A stretch of 64,000 bases of DNA from Leucoraja ocellata (Eukaryota). The stretch spans positions 1,364,001 through 1,428,000 of the forward strand of contig JAWMAR010000392.1 of the NCBI GenBank assembly GCA_036785375.1. Direction: 5' to 3'. The notes below the pieces were generated by a model. That model did no database searches, was not told where the DNA came from, and worked only from the letters and a program-made list of their open reading frames with translations. Made by a program: the position numbers and the translations under genes. Shown here in pieces: positions 1 to 12,074 of this stretch; within the stretch, counting starts at the first letter, position 1; the number at the start of each line of letters is the position of its first letter.

Positions 1-100
1 GACTACTGGGACAAGGAGACCCAGAGATTGATCAATCGACACAAGTTGTACATGGCCAATGTCCAGATCGCAATGCAACGATCTAACCACAGCAAGATGG
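1..100 (+). CDS. MHC class I alpha1 exon, 3' part (DYWDKETQRLINRHKLYMANVQIAMQRSNHSKM)
   Basis: Frame-1 translation aligns ungapped to class I residues 58-90: Y59, W60, R84 (non-mammalian type), N86 sequon NHS. Donor G|GTGCGT at 101. Confidence 0.92.
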
Positions 101-132
101 GTGCGTGCATTCCCAGTGCTTGATTCACACGG

Positions 133-808
133 CATTCAGATTCAGATTCAATCTTTATTGCCATTGTGCAGTGTACAGTACAGAGACCACAAAATGCAGT
201 TAGCATCTCACCCAGAAGAGCGAACATAGAATAATGAGCAATAAGTATATATATGTACATACAGTAGTGGTAGTGTAATTTTTTCTGGGGGAAGGAGTGT
301 CCGTGGGGGTGGGTGAGTGGCAGTCACCGAGGTACAGTGTTGAGCAGTGTAACAGCCACTGGGAAGAAGCTGTTCCTGGACCTACTGGTTCGGCAACGGT
401 GAGACCTGTAGCGCCTCCCAGATGGTAAACAGTCTATGGCTGGGGTGAGAGCAGTCCTTGGCAATGCTGCACGCCCTTCGCAGACAACGCTTGCTTTGGA
501 CAGACCCAATGGAGGGGAGTGAGGAACCGGTGATGCGTTGGGCAGTTTTCACCACCCTCTGCAATGCTTTCCGGTCGGAGACAGAGCAGTTGCCATACCA
601 TACTGTGATAGAGTTGCTAAGGATGCTCTCGATGGTGCAGCGGTGGTAGTTCACCAGAATCTGAGGAGGCAGATGGACCTTCTTCAGTCTCCTCAGGAAG
701 AAGAGACGCTGGTGAGCCTTCTTGACCAGAGTTGAGGTATTGTGGGTCCAAGAGAGGTCATCGGAGATGTTGACCCCCAGAAACCTGAAGCTGGAAACAC
801 GTTCCACT
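133..808 (-). mobile_element. Rex1/Babar non-LTR retrotransposon 3' fragment
   Basis: ORF 382-807 ERVSSFRFLGVNISDDLSW...HQRLFFLRRL...CTIESIL; (TGAATC)n tail after a 3' hairpin and AATAAA. Confidence 0.85.
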
Positions 809-1644
809 CATGCCATGGGCAATGGTGTGCACAGACATGTTAGCAGTTCAGTGTAGTTTAGAGATACAGCGTGAAAACAGGCCCTTCGGCCCAGCAAGTC
901 CGCAACGCCTATTGACCCATACACCTGTACTTCTTTGGGGTGTGGGAGGAAACCGAACATCGCGTAGAAAATCCACACAGGTCACGGGGAGAACGTAAAC
1001 CTTCTCTGACCTCTTCATCAGTTTTTCTCTTCCTTCCAAGAGCAGGGTGACCAAAACTCCAAATCAGTCATTCGAGGAATGCCAGCATAATGAAGGATGA
1101 GTCTCACCCCAGTCATTCCCTCTTCTCCCCTTTCCCGTTTGGCAAGAGGCACGGAAGTGTGAAAATGCACACCGCCTGAATCAGGGACAGTTTCTTCAAA
1201 GGCTGTTTAGAGAGAATTGAGCCATTCTAACACCAACTAGATAGCAGGCCGGAGTCACCACCTATCTCATTGGAGACCTTCGGACTATCTTTAATTGAAC
1301 TAAACATTATTCCCTTTATCTGTACACTATCGCCTTTTTGCTGATTGGATAGCATGCAAGAAAAAGCGTCTTAATATACCTCAGTATTCTTGAGGTGTAT
1401 AAAATCGTGAGGGAAATAGGTCGGGTATACTAACAGAGTCTCTTGCTCAGAGCAGGGGAATCGAGAACCAGAGGACATAGGTTTAAGCTAAAGGGGGGAA
1501 AGATTCAATAGGAATCTGAGGGGTAACTTTTTCACTCATGGGTGTATGGAATGAGCTGTCAGAGGAGGTTGTTGATGTCAGGATGATTGCAACGTTTAAG
1601 AAACAATGAGATGGACCGATGGATAGGTCAGGTTTAGAGTGATA

Positions 1645-2135
1645 TAATAATAATAATTGTTTATAGGGACAGTGCATATTAATTAACATTTGCATGTAAA
1701 TATGCAAGATTGTAGCCAATCAGTAGCTAATTTCCGTCTCTAGTCCCAGGCAAAGGTAGGTGGAAGTGTCTTGCCCAAGGACACAACGACAGTACACACT
1801 CCAAGCAGGATTCGAACCAGCCGAACACTTAACCATATAATAACCATATAATAATTACAGCACGGAAACAGGCCATCTCGGCCCTACAAGTCCGTGCCGA
1901 ACAAATTTTTTTCCCCTTAGTCCCACCTGCCTGCACTCATACCATAACCCTCCATTCCCTTCTCATCCATATGCCTATCCAATTTATTTTTAAATGATAC
2001 CAATGAACCTGCCTCCACCACTTCCACTGGGAGCTCATTCCACACCGCCACCACTCTCTGAGTAAAGAAGTCCCCCCTCATATTACCCCTAAACTTCTGT
2101 CCCTTAACTTAGCCCATTGCGCCATCTGTCGTCCT
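1645..2135 (-). mobile_element. tRNA-derived CORE-like SINE with (TTA)n tail, interrupted by a CR1 fragment (1829-2106)
   Basis: Minus strand has A box TGGCGCAATGG, B box GGTTCGAATCC and CORE-like TGTGTCCTTGGGCAAGACACTT. Confidence 0.65.
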
Positions 2136-2435
2136 AACGCAGGCAGGTGGGGCTAGTGCAGAGGGGAATATTGGTCGGTGTGGTCAAGTTGGGCCAAAGG
2201 GCCTGTTTCCATGCTGTATGAGTCTATGACTTGACAATAATTGTAAATAAAACTAATATGTGGCCTCACCAACATTTTGTACAACTGTTGATAGTGTAAC
2301 AGGATGTTGGGTTCCGTGCTGAATTGGGCAGGTAATGGTGGGTAATATCCATCTTGTAGATGCCACCCCTGGGTTGGTGGATGTAGAGGATACGTGTGAG
2401 TTTCGGACGGCTATTGACACTCTCTCCATGTCCAG

Positions 2436-2711
2436 GGGTGAACTACCTGCAGTATACATCGGGCTGCAGTGTCACGGACAACGGGTTAGTGAGCGGGGTG
2501 CGCCAGTACGCCTTCAACGGCCAGGACCTGATCAGTTTCGACTTCGAGCAGTCCATCTGGGTGACCGCCTCCCCCTTGGCCTTGAGCACGCGGGACAAGT
2601 GGAACAGCGACACAGCCAACAACATCTACAAGAAGCATTACACCCAGACGATCTGCGTGGAATGGTTGCAGAAATACCTCAAGTACGGGCACTCCATGCT
2701 ATCTCGCAAAG
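2436..2711 (+). CDS. MHC class I alpha2 exon (276 nt)
   Basis: Acceptor tctctccatgtccag and donor G|GTAGGT. Translation GVNYLQYTSGC...QYAFNGQDLISFD...TRDKW...HYTQTICVEWLQKYLKYG has C101/C164, T143, K146, W147, Y159, W167 and Y171. Confidence 0.96.
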
Positions 2712-2773
2712 GTAGGTCAACCTGTCCCTCCGCCCGCCAATCCTACCCCCCTCTTGTTCCGCCACCTCCTCCA

Positions 2774-2870
2774 TCAGTCTGAAGAAGGGTCTCGACCCGA
2801 AACGTCACCCATTCCTTCTCTCCAGAGATGCAGCCGGTCCCACTGAGTTACTCCAGCATTTGTCTTACCT
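2774..2870 (+). ncRNA. Penelope-derived short repeat with minimal hammerhead-ribozyme motif (core 2779-2806)
   Basis: CTGAAGA-A-GGGT-CTCG-ACCC-GAAA-CGTC: core boxes, 4-bp stem II, palindromic ACGT stem III and a GUC triplet. Confidence 0.65.
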
Positions 2871-2995
2871 CCTCCATCACCCTTGGTTTGGTCACCAGGA
2901 TGGGAAGTCACACCTATTTCTGGTTGACCAAAGGCCACACTTGCTGTGTGGACCTGCATTATCTACCCCCCTTGCCGCTTGGCGTGTAGACCCTT

Positions 2996-3604
2996 ATAAC
3001 CATAAAACCATATAACAATTACAGCACGGAAACAGGCCATCTCGGCCCTACAAGTCCGTGCCGAACAACTTTTTTTTCCCCTTAGTCCCACCTGCCTGCA
3101 CTCATACCATAACCCTCCATTCCCTTCTCATCCATATGCCTATCCAATTTATTTTTAAATGATACCAATGAACCTGCCTCCACCACTTCCACTGGAAGCT
3201 CATTCCACACCGCTACCACTCTCTGCATAAAGAAGTTCCCCCTCATATTACCCCTAAACTTCTGTCCCTTAATTCTGAAGTCATGTCCTCTTGTTTGAAT
3301 CTTCCCTATTCTCAAAGGGAAAAGCTTGTCCACATCAACTCTGTCTATCCCTCTCATCATTTTAAAACCTCTATCAGGTCCCCCCTTAACCTTCTGCGCT
3401 CCAGAGAATAAAGACTTAACTTATTCAACCTATCTCTGTAACTTAGTTGTTGAAACCCAGGCAACATTCTAGTAAATCTCCTCTGTACTCTCTCTATTTT
3501 GTTGACATCCTTCCTATAATTGGGCGACCAAAATTGTACACCATACTCCAGATTTGGTCTCACCAATGCCTTGTACAATTTTAACATTACATCCCAGCTT
3601 CTAT
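2996..3604 (-). mobile_element. CR1 LINE family A (A1) 5'-truncated copy
   Basis: ORF2 C-terminus RSWDVMLKLYKALVRPNLEYGVQFWSP...GMSAGRWD; (GGTTATAT)n tail. Confidence 0.95.
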
Positions 3605-3844
3605 AGCGAGGAAGGGTCCTTATGAGGAAGGGTCCCGACGTTGCTGATCTATTTCCTCCACAGTTGCTGCCTGACCTGTTGAGTTGCTCCAACACTTTGG
3701 GTTTTGCGTCAAACCCCAAACTGCCTTCATGGGTGACTCCACGCCCTCTCGCTGTCTCCCCCATAGTATGGGAACCACTTCCCCACCCGCACACGCGCTG
3801 GGTGATGGGACCCCCCTTCCCTAATGCTAGCCCACTGAGTTATA

Positions 3845-4546
3845 ATTTCCCTTGTCAATTCTTCCCTTCCCTCTCGGTCCACCCCCTCCCCGGGCACTTT
3901 CCCTTGCAACCGCAAGAGATGCAACACTTGTCCCTTTACCTCCCCCCTTGACTCCGTTCAAGGACCCAAGCAATCGTTCCAGGTACGACAGAGGTTTACC
4001 TGCATCTCTTCCAACCTCATCTATTGCGTCCGCTGCTCTAGATGTCAGCAGATCTATATCGGTGAGACCAAGCGGAGGTTGGGCGATCGTTTCGCCGAAC
4101 ACCTCCGCTCGGTCCGCAATAACCAAGCTGACCTCCCGGTGGCTCAGCACTTCAACTCCCCCTCCCACTCCGTCTCCGACCTCTCTGTCCTGGGTCTCCT
4201 CCATGGCCACAGCGAGCAGCACCGGAAATTGGAGGAACAGCACCTCATATTCCGTTTGGGGAGTCTGCACCCTGGGGGCATGAACATCGAATTCTCCCAA
4301 TTTTGTTAGTCCTTGCTGTCTCCTCCCCTTCCTCAACCCCCCTGCTGTCTCCTCCCATCCCCCAGCCTTCAGGCTACTCCCCCTTTTCCCTTTCTTGTCC
4401 CCGCCCCCGATCAGTCTGAAGAAGGGTTTCGGCCCGAAACGTTGCCTATTTCCTTCGCTCCATAGATGCTGCTGCACCCGCTGAGTTTCTCCAGCTTTTT
4501 TGTGTAACCTTCGATTCTCCAGCTTCTGCAGTTCCCTCTTAAACAC
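3845..4546 (+). mobile_element. Penelope-like element 3' fragment: GIY-YIG endonuclease, 3' UTR and hammerhead motif (4416-4443)
   Basis: In-frame TFPCNRKRCNTC...NLIYCVRCSRCQQIYIGETKRRLGDRFAEH...VAQHFN...HPGGMN, followed by CTGAAGAAGGGTTTCGGCCCGAAACGTT. Confidence 0.92.
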
Positions 4547-4750
4547 GAGTTATAATGTGTGTTCAGCCTTCATCAGTCAGGGCATTGGGCTGAAGAGTCA
4601 GGAGGTCGTGACGAAGCTTTGTAAAACGTTGGTTACGCCACATTAGAGCATAGTGTGCTGTTCTCGTCGCCCCATTACAGGGAGGATGTGGAGGCTTTGC
4701 AGAGAGTGCAGAAGGGGTTTACCAGAATGTTGGCTGGATTAGGGGTATTA

Positions 4751-4959
4751 TGCCCCTCTCCCACTTAGGAAACCTGAACGGAAACCTCTGGAGATTTTGC
4801 CCCCCACCCACCCAGGAGGTTGCAGGTGGTTGCCAGAGGTTGCAGGTAGTGGAAGCAGGTGGGGAGACTGACAAAAACCTCCGGGAACCTCCTGGAACCG
4901 CACGGACACCTTGGGTCTCCAGAGGTTTCCGTTCAGGTTTCCTAAGTGGGACAGGGGCA
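4751..4959. mobile_element. PIF/Harbinger-type MITE (209 bp)
   Basis: About 44-bp near-perfect TIRs and a TTA duplication (4748-4750, 4960-4962). Removing it restores an old CR1 fragment. Confidence 0.85.
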
Positions 4960-5138
4960 TTAGCTATAGGGAGAGGTTGGACAAAATTGGATTGTTTTCT
5001 CTGGAGCTCTGGTGGTTGAGGGAAGATGTGATCGAAGAATATAAAGTGATGAGGGACATAGATAGAGTTGAAAATCAGAATCCTTTTTCCAATGTGAATG
5101 TCAAAGACTGATGAAGGGTCCTGACTTTAAAAGTCTCC

Positions 5139-5139
5139 C

Positions 5140-5184
<45 letters not shown>
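5139..5184. repeat. (TAA)n microsatellite, probably the tail of a minus-strand retroelement
   Basis: Direct inspection; abuts CTTTATTGTCATT. Confidence 0.9.
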
Positions 5185-5185
<1 letters not shown>

Positions 5186-6114
5186 GCCTTTATTGTCATT
5201 GTACTTAGAAATACATTTAAATTAGACCTACTCCTGCTCAGTGCAACCAAAACAAGTCCAAACATGACAAAAACACATTCAATGGACAAGGACTTTAAGG
5301 CTTTTGCCTTCCATCACAGTGACGTAGACTCACAGTGGTGGATGTTAAACTGTGTTCATTGTGTGTTCTGTTATTTTATTCTCTGTCATGACCGCAAGGC
5401 ATGTAATTTCGTTCAAGCCAAAGGTTTGAATGACAATAAAGGATACTTTATAATACGTTATATAACTGCTTGAAATAGTAGATACATTATAATTATCACA
5501 CCTAGGTAGAACATTGCACTGGGAGAATATTACACTTTAAAATTTAATGAATACTTTAAAAGAATTTAAAATATATATATATTTTCTGAGTGATCTGTTT
5601 TATAGTGGAATGGATGACAGCATTAATAGAAACATAGAAGCATAGAAAATAGGTGCAGGAGGAGGCTATACGGCCCTTCGAGCCAGCACTGCCATTCATT
5701 GTGATCATGGCTGATCGTCCCCTATCAATAGCAGTAGCGGTGTGGAATGAGCTTCCAGTGGAAGTGGTGGAGGCAGGTTCATTGGTATCATTTAAAAATA
5801 AATTGGATAGGCATATGGATGAGAAGGGAATGGAGGGTTATGGTATGAGTGCAGGCAGGTGGGACTAAGGGGAAAAAAAATTTGTTCGGCACGGACTTGT
5901 AGGGCCGAGATGGCCTGTTTCCGTGCTGTAATTGTTATATGTTATATATATGTTAATAACCCATGCCTGCCTTCTCCCCATATCACTAGCCCCGAGAGCT
6001 CTATCTAATTCTCTCTTAAATCCATCCATTCTCACGTCGTGTGGATCTTTGAGGAATTTAGAGTTCTGATGGCCCAGGGAAAGAAACTGTCCTTGAGTCT
6101 GTTGGTCGGGCTTT

Positions 6115-7073
6115 TAGAAACATAGAAACATAGAAAATAAGTGCAGGAGTAGGCCATTTGACCCTTCGAGCCTGCACCGCCATTCAATATGATCATGGCT
6201 GATCATCCAACTCAGTATCCTGTACCTGCCTTCTCTCCATACCCCCTGATCCCTTTAGCCACAAGGGCCACATCTAACTCCCTCTTAAATATAGCCAATG
6301 AACTGGCCTTAACTACCTTCTGTGGCAGAGAATTCCAGAGATTCACCACTCTCTGTGTGAAAAATGTTTTTCTCATCTCGGTCCTAAAAGATTTCCCCCT
6401 TATCCTTAAACTGTGACCCCTTGTTCTGGACTTCCCCAACATCGGGAACAATCTTCCTGCATCTAGCCTGTCCAACCCCTTAAGAATTTTGTAAGTTTCT
6501 ATAAGATCCCCTCTCAACCTTCTAAATTCTAGCGAGTACAAGCCGAGTCTATCCAGTCTTTCTTCATATGAAAGTCCTGACATCCCAGGAATCCGTCTGG
6601 TGAACCGTCTCTGCACTCCCTCTATGGCAAGAATAATAGCGTTCATCAGTCAGAATGATGAATATAAAAGATGGGAAGTCATATTGCAGTTGGAAAAGTT
6701 TGATTGGGTCTCATTTGGAGTATTGTGTGCCATTGTTCCCGATGTTGGGGAAGTCCAGAACAAGGGGTCACAGTTTAAGGATAAGGGGGAAATCTTTTAG
6801 GACCGAGATGAGGAAAACATTTTTCACACTGAGAGTGGTGAATCTCTGGAATTCTCTGCCACAGAAGGTAGTTGAGGCCGCAGTTCATTGGCTATATTTA
6901 AGAGGGAGTTAGATGTGGCCCTTGTGGCTAAAGGGATCAGGGGGTATGGAGAGAAGGCAGGTACGGGATACTGAGTTGGATGATCAGCCATGATCATATT
7001 GAATGGGGGTGCAGGCTCGAAGGGCCGAATGGCCTAGTCCTGCACCTATTTTCTATGTTTCTATGTCTATGTC
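6115..7073. mobile_element. Two CR1 family B copies in opposite orientation (6115-6629 minus, 6733-7073 plus)
   Basis: RLFPMLGKSRTRGHSLRIRGKSF...EKAGTGY; (TTTCTATG)n tails at both outer ends. Confidence 0.92.
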
Positions 7074-7106
7074 TATTCTAGTCGCCTTGTTAAAGAAAGG
7101 ATGTGG

Positions 7107-7977
7107 TGAGGAGGTTCACATGTTGTATAAACATTCAGTTTAATATTTACACACTCATATTAGTACAAAAGTGCAAAGTGTGTAAACACATTCACTGCCA
7201 AGGGAAGACTAGCGCCATCGTCTGTTGCAACCCATCACCTGACCACCCAGATCGGCGTTGATTTGTCCACCCAGATCACGCGAGTTCACGCTTGTGCTTG
7301 AGCTCGACGAATCTTCTATTGAGTATAGAAGTTGGGATGTAATGTTAAAATTGTACAAGGCATTGGTGAGGCCAATTCTGGAGTATGGTGTACAATTTTG
7401 GTCGCCTAATTATAGGAAGGATGTCAACAAAATAGAGAGAGTACAGAGGAGATTTACTAGAATGTTGCCTGGGTTTCAGCAACTAAGTTACAGAGAAAGG
7501 TTGAACAAGTTAGGGCTTTATTCTTTGGAGCGCAGAAGGTTAAGGGGGGACTTGATAGAGGTTTTTAAAATGGCGAGAGGGATAGACAGAGTTGACGTGG
7601 AAAAGCTTTTCCCACTGAGAGTAGGGAAGATTCAAACAAGGGGACATGACATGAGAATTAAGGGACTGAAGTTTAGGGGTAACATGAGGGGGAACTTCTT
7701 TACTCAGAGAGTGGCAGCTGTGTGGAATGAGCTTCCAGTGAAGGTGGTGGAGGCAGGTTCGTTTTTATCATTTAAAAATAAATTGGATAGTTTTATGGAT
7801 GGGAAGGGAATGGAGGGTTATGGTCTGAGCGCAGGTATATGGGACTAGGGGAGATTATGTGTTCGGCACGGACTAGAAGGGTCGAGATGGCCTGTTTCCG
7901 TGCTGTAATTGTTATATGGTTATTATATGGAATCACGGTTCGACACCAACGTGGCTCGGCCACAAGATGGCGCCACA
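7107..7977 (-). mobile_element. Solo LTR (Gypsy-like), about 260 bp net, interrupted by CR1-A2 (7317-7929, +)
   Basis: TG...CA ends and a 4-bp duplication GTGG (7103-7106, 7978-7981). Removal restores the host CR1 sequence GGATGTGGAGGCTTTGG. Confidence 0.72.
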
Positions 7978-9887
7978 GTGGAGGCTTTGGGCAGGATGCA
8001 GCAGAGATAGACCAGAAAGATATATGGATTAGAGGGTGTCAGCAAAAAGGAGATTTGCAAGACAAGTGATTGGTCCCTAGAGTGTGCTGCCTGGAGAAAT
8101 GGTGGAGATAAACATGATGGCAATGTTTAAAATACATTTAGACAGGCACAGAAGGAACAGAGGAATGGAGGGATTCAAACCCTGTGCTGGCAGGTGTTAT
8201 TAGTTAAAATTGGCATCATGATCAGCACAGACATGACGGGCCGAAGGGCCTGTTTCTATGCTGTATTGTCCTATATTCTACACCAACCCCATATTTCCAT
8301 CTTGTTCCTCCAGATTGCCCCACTCATCTTAACACTTGAGACTATTTGGTCACTTAATTTTAGGATAAGGGAAGAAACCCATATCAGAAGGTTAAGGGGG
8401 CACTTGATAGAGGTTTTAAAATGATGAGAGGGATAGACAGAGTTGACGTGGAAAAGCTTTTCCCACTGAGAGTAGGGAAGATTCAAACAAGGGGGCATGA
8501 CATGAGAATTAAGGGACTGAAGTTTAGGGGTAACATGAGGGGGAACTTCTTTACTCAGAGAGTGGTAGCTGTGTGGAATGAGCTTCCAGTGAAGGTGGTG
8601 GAGGCAGGTTCGTTTTTATCATTTAAAAATAAATTGGATAGTTATATGGATGGGAAGGGAATGGAGGGTTATGGTCTGAGCGCAGGTATATGGGACTAGG
8701 GGAGATTATGTGTTCGGCACGGACTAAAAGGGTCGAGATGGCCTGTTTCCGTGCTGTAATTGTTATATGGTAAAATGGTTAAACCGGAGTACCTGGTGGC
8801 AAGCCATGGACTCCCAGGGAGAATTTGCAAACTCCGTGCAGACAGCAATGGGGTCTGGATCCAACCTGGGTGTCAGGAGCTCTCAATCTGTTGCGCTGTT
8901 GACCTCCACATATTGTGCACTCGAGACCCCCTCCATGATTATCCTCCACAGTTATTATTAGAGATACAGCGTGGAAACGGACCAGTTCGGTCAACTGAGT
9001 CCATGCCGCCCGACGATCCCTGTACACTAATACTATCCCATGCACAAGGACAATTTACTATTTTACCAAGCCAATTAACCTGCAAACCTATAACCATATA
9101 ACCATATAACAATTACAGCACGGAAGCAGGCCATCTCGGCTCTACAAGTCCGTGCCGAATAAATTTTTTTTCCCCTTAGTCACACCTGCCTGCACTCATA
9201 CCATAACCCTCCATTCCCTTCTCATCCATATGCCTATCCAATTTATTTTTAAATGATACCAATGAACCTGCCTCCACCACTTCCACTGGAAGCTCATTCC
9301 ACACCGCCACCACTCTCTGCTTAAAGAAGTTCCCCCTCATATTACCCCTAAACTTCTGTCCCTTAATTCTGAAGTCATGTCCTCTTGTTTGAATCTTCCC
9401 TATTCTCAAAGGGAAAAGCTTGTCCACATCAACTCTGTCTATCCCTCTCATCATTTTTTAAAGACCTCTATCAGGTCCCCCCTTAACCTTCTGCGCTCCA
9501 GAGAATAAAGACCTAACTTATTCAACCTATCTCTGTAACTTAGTTGTTGAAACCCAGGCAACATTCTAGTAAATCTCCTCTGTGCTCTCTTATTTTGTTG
9601 ACATCCTTCCTATAATTGGGCGACCAAAATTGTACACCATACTGCAGATTTGGTCTCACCAATGCCTTGTACAATTTTAACATTACATCCCAGCCTGTAC
9701 AAACCTGTACATCTTTGGAGTGCGGGAAGAAACTGTAGCTCTTGGGGGGGAGGGGGGGGGAACCCACGCAGGTTACGGGGAAAACGTACAAACTCCATAC
9801 ATACAGCACCTGTAGTCGGGGTCAAACCCGGGTCTGTGGCGCTGTAAGGCAGTAAACGGTGCTAGAGGAACTCGGTGGGACAGGCAG

Positions 9888-10697
9888 TATAATGGCAGTT
9901 TTTACAACATTCTCAAAGTCCAACTTCGATAGCCGTTAATTATCGGAGGTATAGCCTAACGCACTCACGACACACATAAGACAGCAAAGATTAATCTCCC
10001 AGACGTCGTTTCTTGATTAATTGCTATTTATTGAAGTAATACAAAACAAAGAAATAACTCATAAACATAGAAACATAGAAATTAGGTGCAGGAGTAGGCC
10101 ATTCGGCCCTTCGAGCCTGCACCGCCATTCAATATGATCATGGCTGATCATCCAACTCAGTATCCCGTACCAGCCTTCTCTCCATACCCCCTGATCCCCT
10201 TAGCCACAAGGGCCACATCTAACTCCCTCTTAAATATAGCCAATGAACTGGCCTCAACTACCCCCTGTGGCAGAGAGTTCCAAAGATTCACCACTCTCTG
10301 TGTGAAAAAAGTTCTTCTCATCTCGGTTTTAAAGGATTTCCCCCTTATCCTTAAGCTGTGACCCCTTGTCCTGGACTTCCCCAACATCGGGAACAATAAC
10401 TATAACTTTCTGTTCTTTATCACTGTTCCATTCACATCATCTAAATCACATAAAAGCTTCTTATAAAGGTATGTCGTCTCGTAACGTGTGTGTGATCGTG
10501 GGAGAAAACTGGTTGCCCCTCATTCTCCGACACCAAACTGAAACTTCTAATCCGAGAGTCTGCGCCAGACGCCTCTAACAAAAGGACACACCCCTACTAT
10601 GTATCAAATCCCACCTACAAAAGTACAGGCCGATTCAAAACTAAAACTGAAAATATTAGACATGATGATAATACTAACAAACTTAATGGCTCCGACA
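9888..10697 (-). mobile_element. Solo LTR with 5-bp TSD, interrupted by CR1-B (10063-10396)
   Basis: GGCAG duplicated at 9883-9887 and 10698-10702. Minus strand runs TGTCGGAG...ATTATA with an internal AATAAA. Inserted into a Penelope-derived repeat. Confidence 0.68.
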
Positions 10698-10797
10698 GGC
10701 AGCATCGGTGGTGGGAATGGGCAGACGGAGTTGTGGTTCAGAGAGTGTTCCTGCCCATTGTCCTCCACAGATGCTGCCTGACCCTCTGGGTTTGTCC

Positions 10798-11089
10798 AGC
10801 ACAGTGGCGCAGTGGTGGAGTTGCTGCCTTACAGCACCAGAGACCCAGGTTTGATCCTGACTATGGGCGCTGAATGTACGGAGTTTGTACCGTCTCTCTG
10901 TGACCGAGTAGGTTTCCACCAGGTGCTCAAGTGTCCTCCCACACTACAAAGACGTACAGGTTAATTGGCTCGGTAAAAATCGTAACTTGTCCCTAATGTG
11001 TGTGTAGCATAATGCTAGTGCTGATCGCTGGTTGATGCAGACTCAGTGGGCCAAAGGGCCTGTTTCCGCGCTGTATCTCTAAAGTCTAA
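10798..11089 (+). mobile_element. tRNA-derived V-SINE (HE1-like); other copies near 15490-15770, 21940-22232, 33787-34090, 40455-40760
   Basis: A/B boxes (TGGCGCAGTGG, GTTTGATCC), V-domain-like GGAGTTTGTAC...GGTTTCC...CTCCCACA and a CR1-like 3' tail. Confidence 0.8.
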
Positions 11090-11149
11090 TGAGCCTCTCC
11101 AATATTAACTCAAGATTCCAGTGCCTATGGCTCCCTGTATCTCCATGTC

Positions 11150-11774
11150 TGAGTATAGGAGCAGAGAGGTTCTACTGCAGTTGTACAAGGTCTTGGTGAG
11201 ACCACACCTGGAGTATTGCGTACAGTTTTGGTCTCCAAATCTGAGGAAGGACATTATTGCCATAGAGGGAGTGCAGAGACGGTTCACCAGACTGATTCCT
11301 GGGATGTCAGGACTGTCTTATGAAGAAAGACTGGATAGACTTGGTTTATACTCTCTAGAATTTAGAAGATTGAGAGGGGATCTTATAGAAACTTACAAAA
11401 TTCTTAAGGGGTTGGACAGGCTAGATGCAGGAAGATTGTTCCCGATGTTGGGGAAGTCCAGGACAAGGGGTCACAGCTTAAGGATAAAGGGGAAATCCTT
11501 TAAAACCGAGATGAGAAGAACTTTTTTCACGCAGAGAGTGGTGAATCTCTGGAACTCTCTGCCACAGAGGGTAGTTGAGGCCAGTTCATTGGCTATATTT
11601 AAGAGGGAGTTAGATGTGGCCCTTGTGGCTAAGGGGATCAGGGGGTATGGAGAGAAGGCAGGTACGGGATACTGAGTTGGATGATCAGCCATGATCATAT
11701 TGAATGGCGGTGCAGGCTCGAAGGGCCGAATGGCCTACTCCTGCACCTAATTTCTATGTTTCTATGTTTCTATG
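11150..11774 (+). mobile_element. CR1 family B copy ending 23 nt upstream of the alpha3 exon
   Basis: ORF 11121-11675; (TTTCTATG)n tail; ATGTCT at both junctions. Confidence 0.95.
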
Positions 11775-11797
11775 TCTCTCTTGCTCTTTTCTCTCAG

Positions 11798-12074
11798 CTG
11801 TTCCAGATGTGTTGGTCTACTCCAGGAGGTCTCCCGACGGTCAGAAACGGGCTCTCCACTGCCTGGCCACTGGCTTTTTCCCGCAGACCATCAACATGAG
11901 TTGGTTCAGGGACGGGCAGCCTGTCCCCGCCAACAAAAACTCTGGCGTTCTACCCAACCACGACGGCACCTATCAGATGAGGGTAACTCTGCTGATGGAG
12001 CCTGCAGAGAGACGGGAGCACATCTGCCGCGTGTGGCACGGCAGCAGGCCCAGAAGGAATGGTCGTTGTCTGGG
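11798..12074 (+). CDS. MHC class I alpha3 (Ig C1) exon, 277 nt, with apparent +1 frameshift near 12049-12051
   Basis: Acceptor ttgctcttttctctcag and donor G|GTAAGT. LHCLATGFFPQTINMSWFRDG...VLPNHDGTYQ...ICRVWH is a C1-set signature. Deleting one C in AGGCCCAGAA gives ...RPEGMVVVW and a 276-nt phase-1 exon. Confidence 0.93.

Noticed and set aside
6189-6416. Recurrent 75-aa ORF MIMADHPTQYPVPAF... as a multicopy small protein family
   Set aside because: It is the antisense frame of the CR1-B 3' end.
8300-8385. Acceptor-like TCTTGTTCCTCCAG in intron 3 as an alternative terminal exon
   Set aside because: Only a splice-site look-alike with a stop after a few codons and no other support.
10798-10860. 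tRNA gene
   Set aside because: A/B boxes belong to a SINE head; no cloverleaf.
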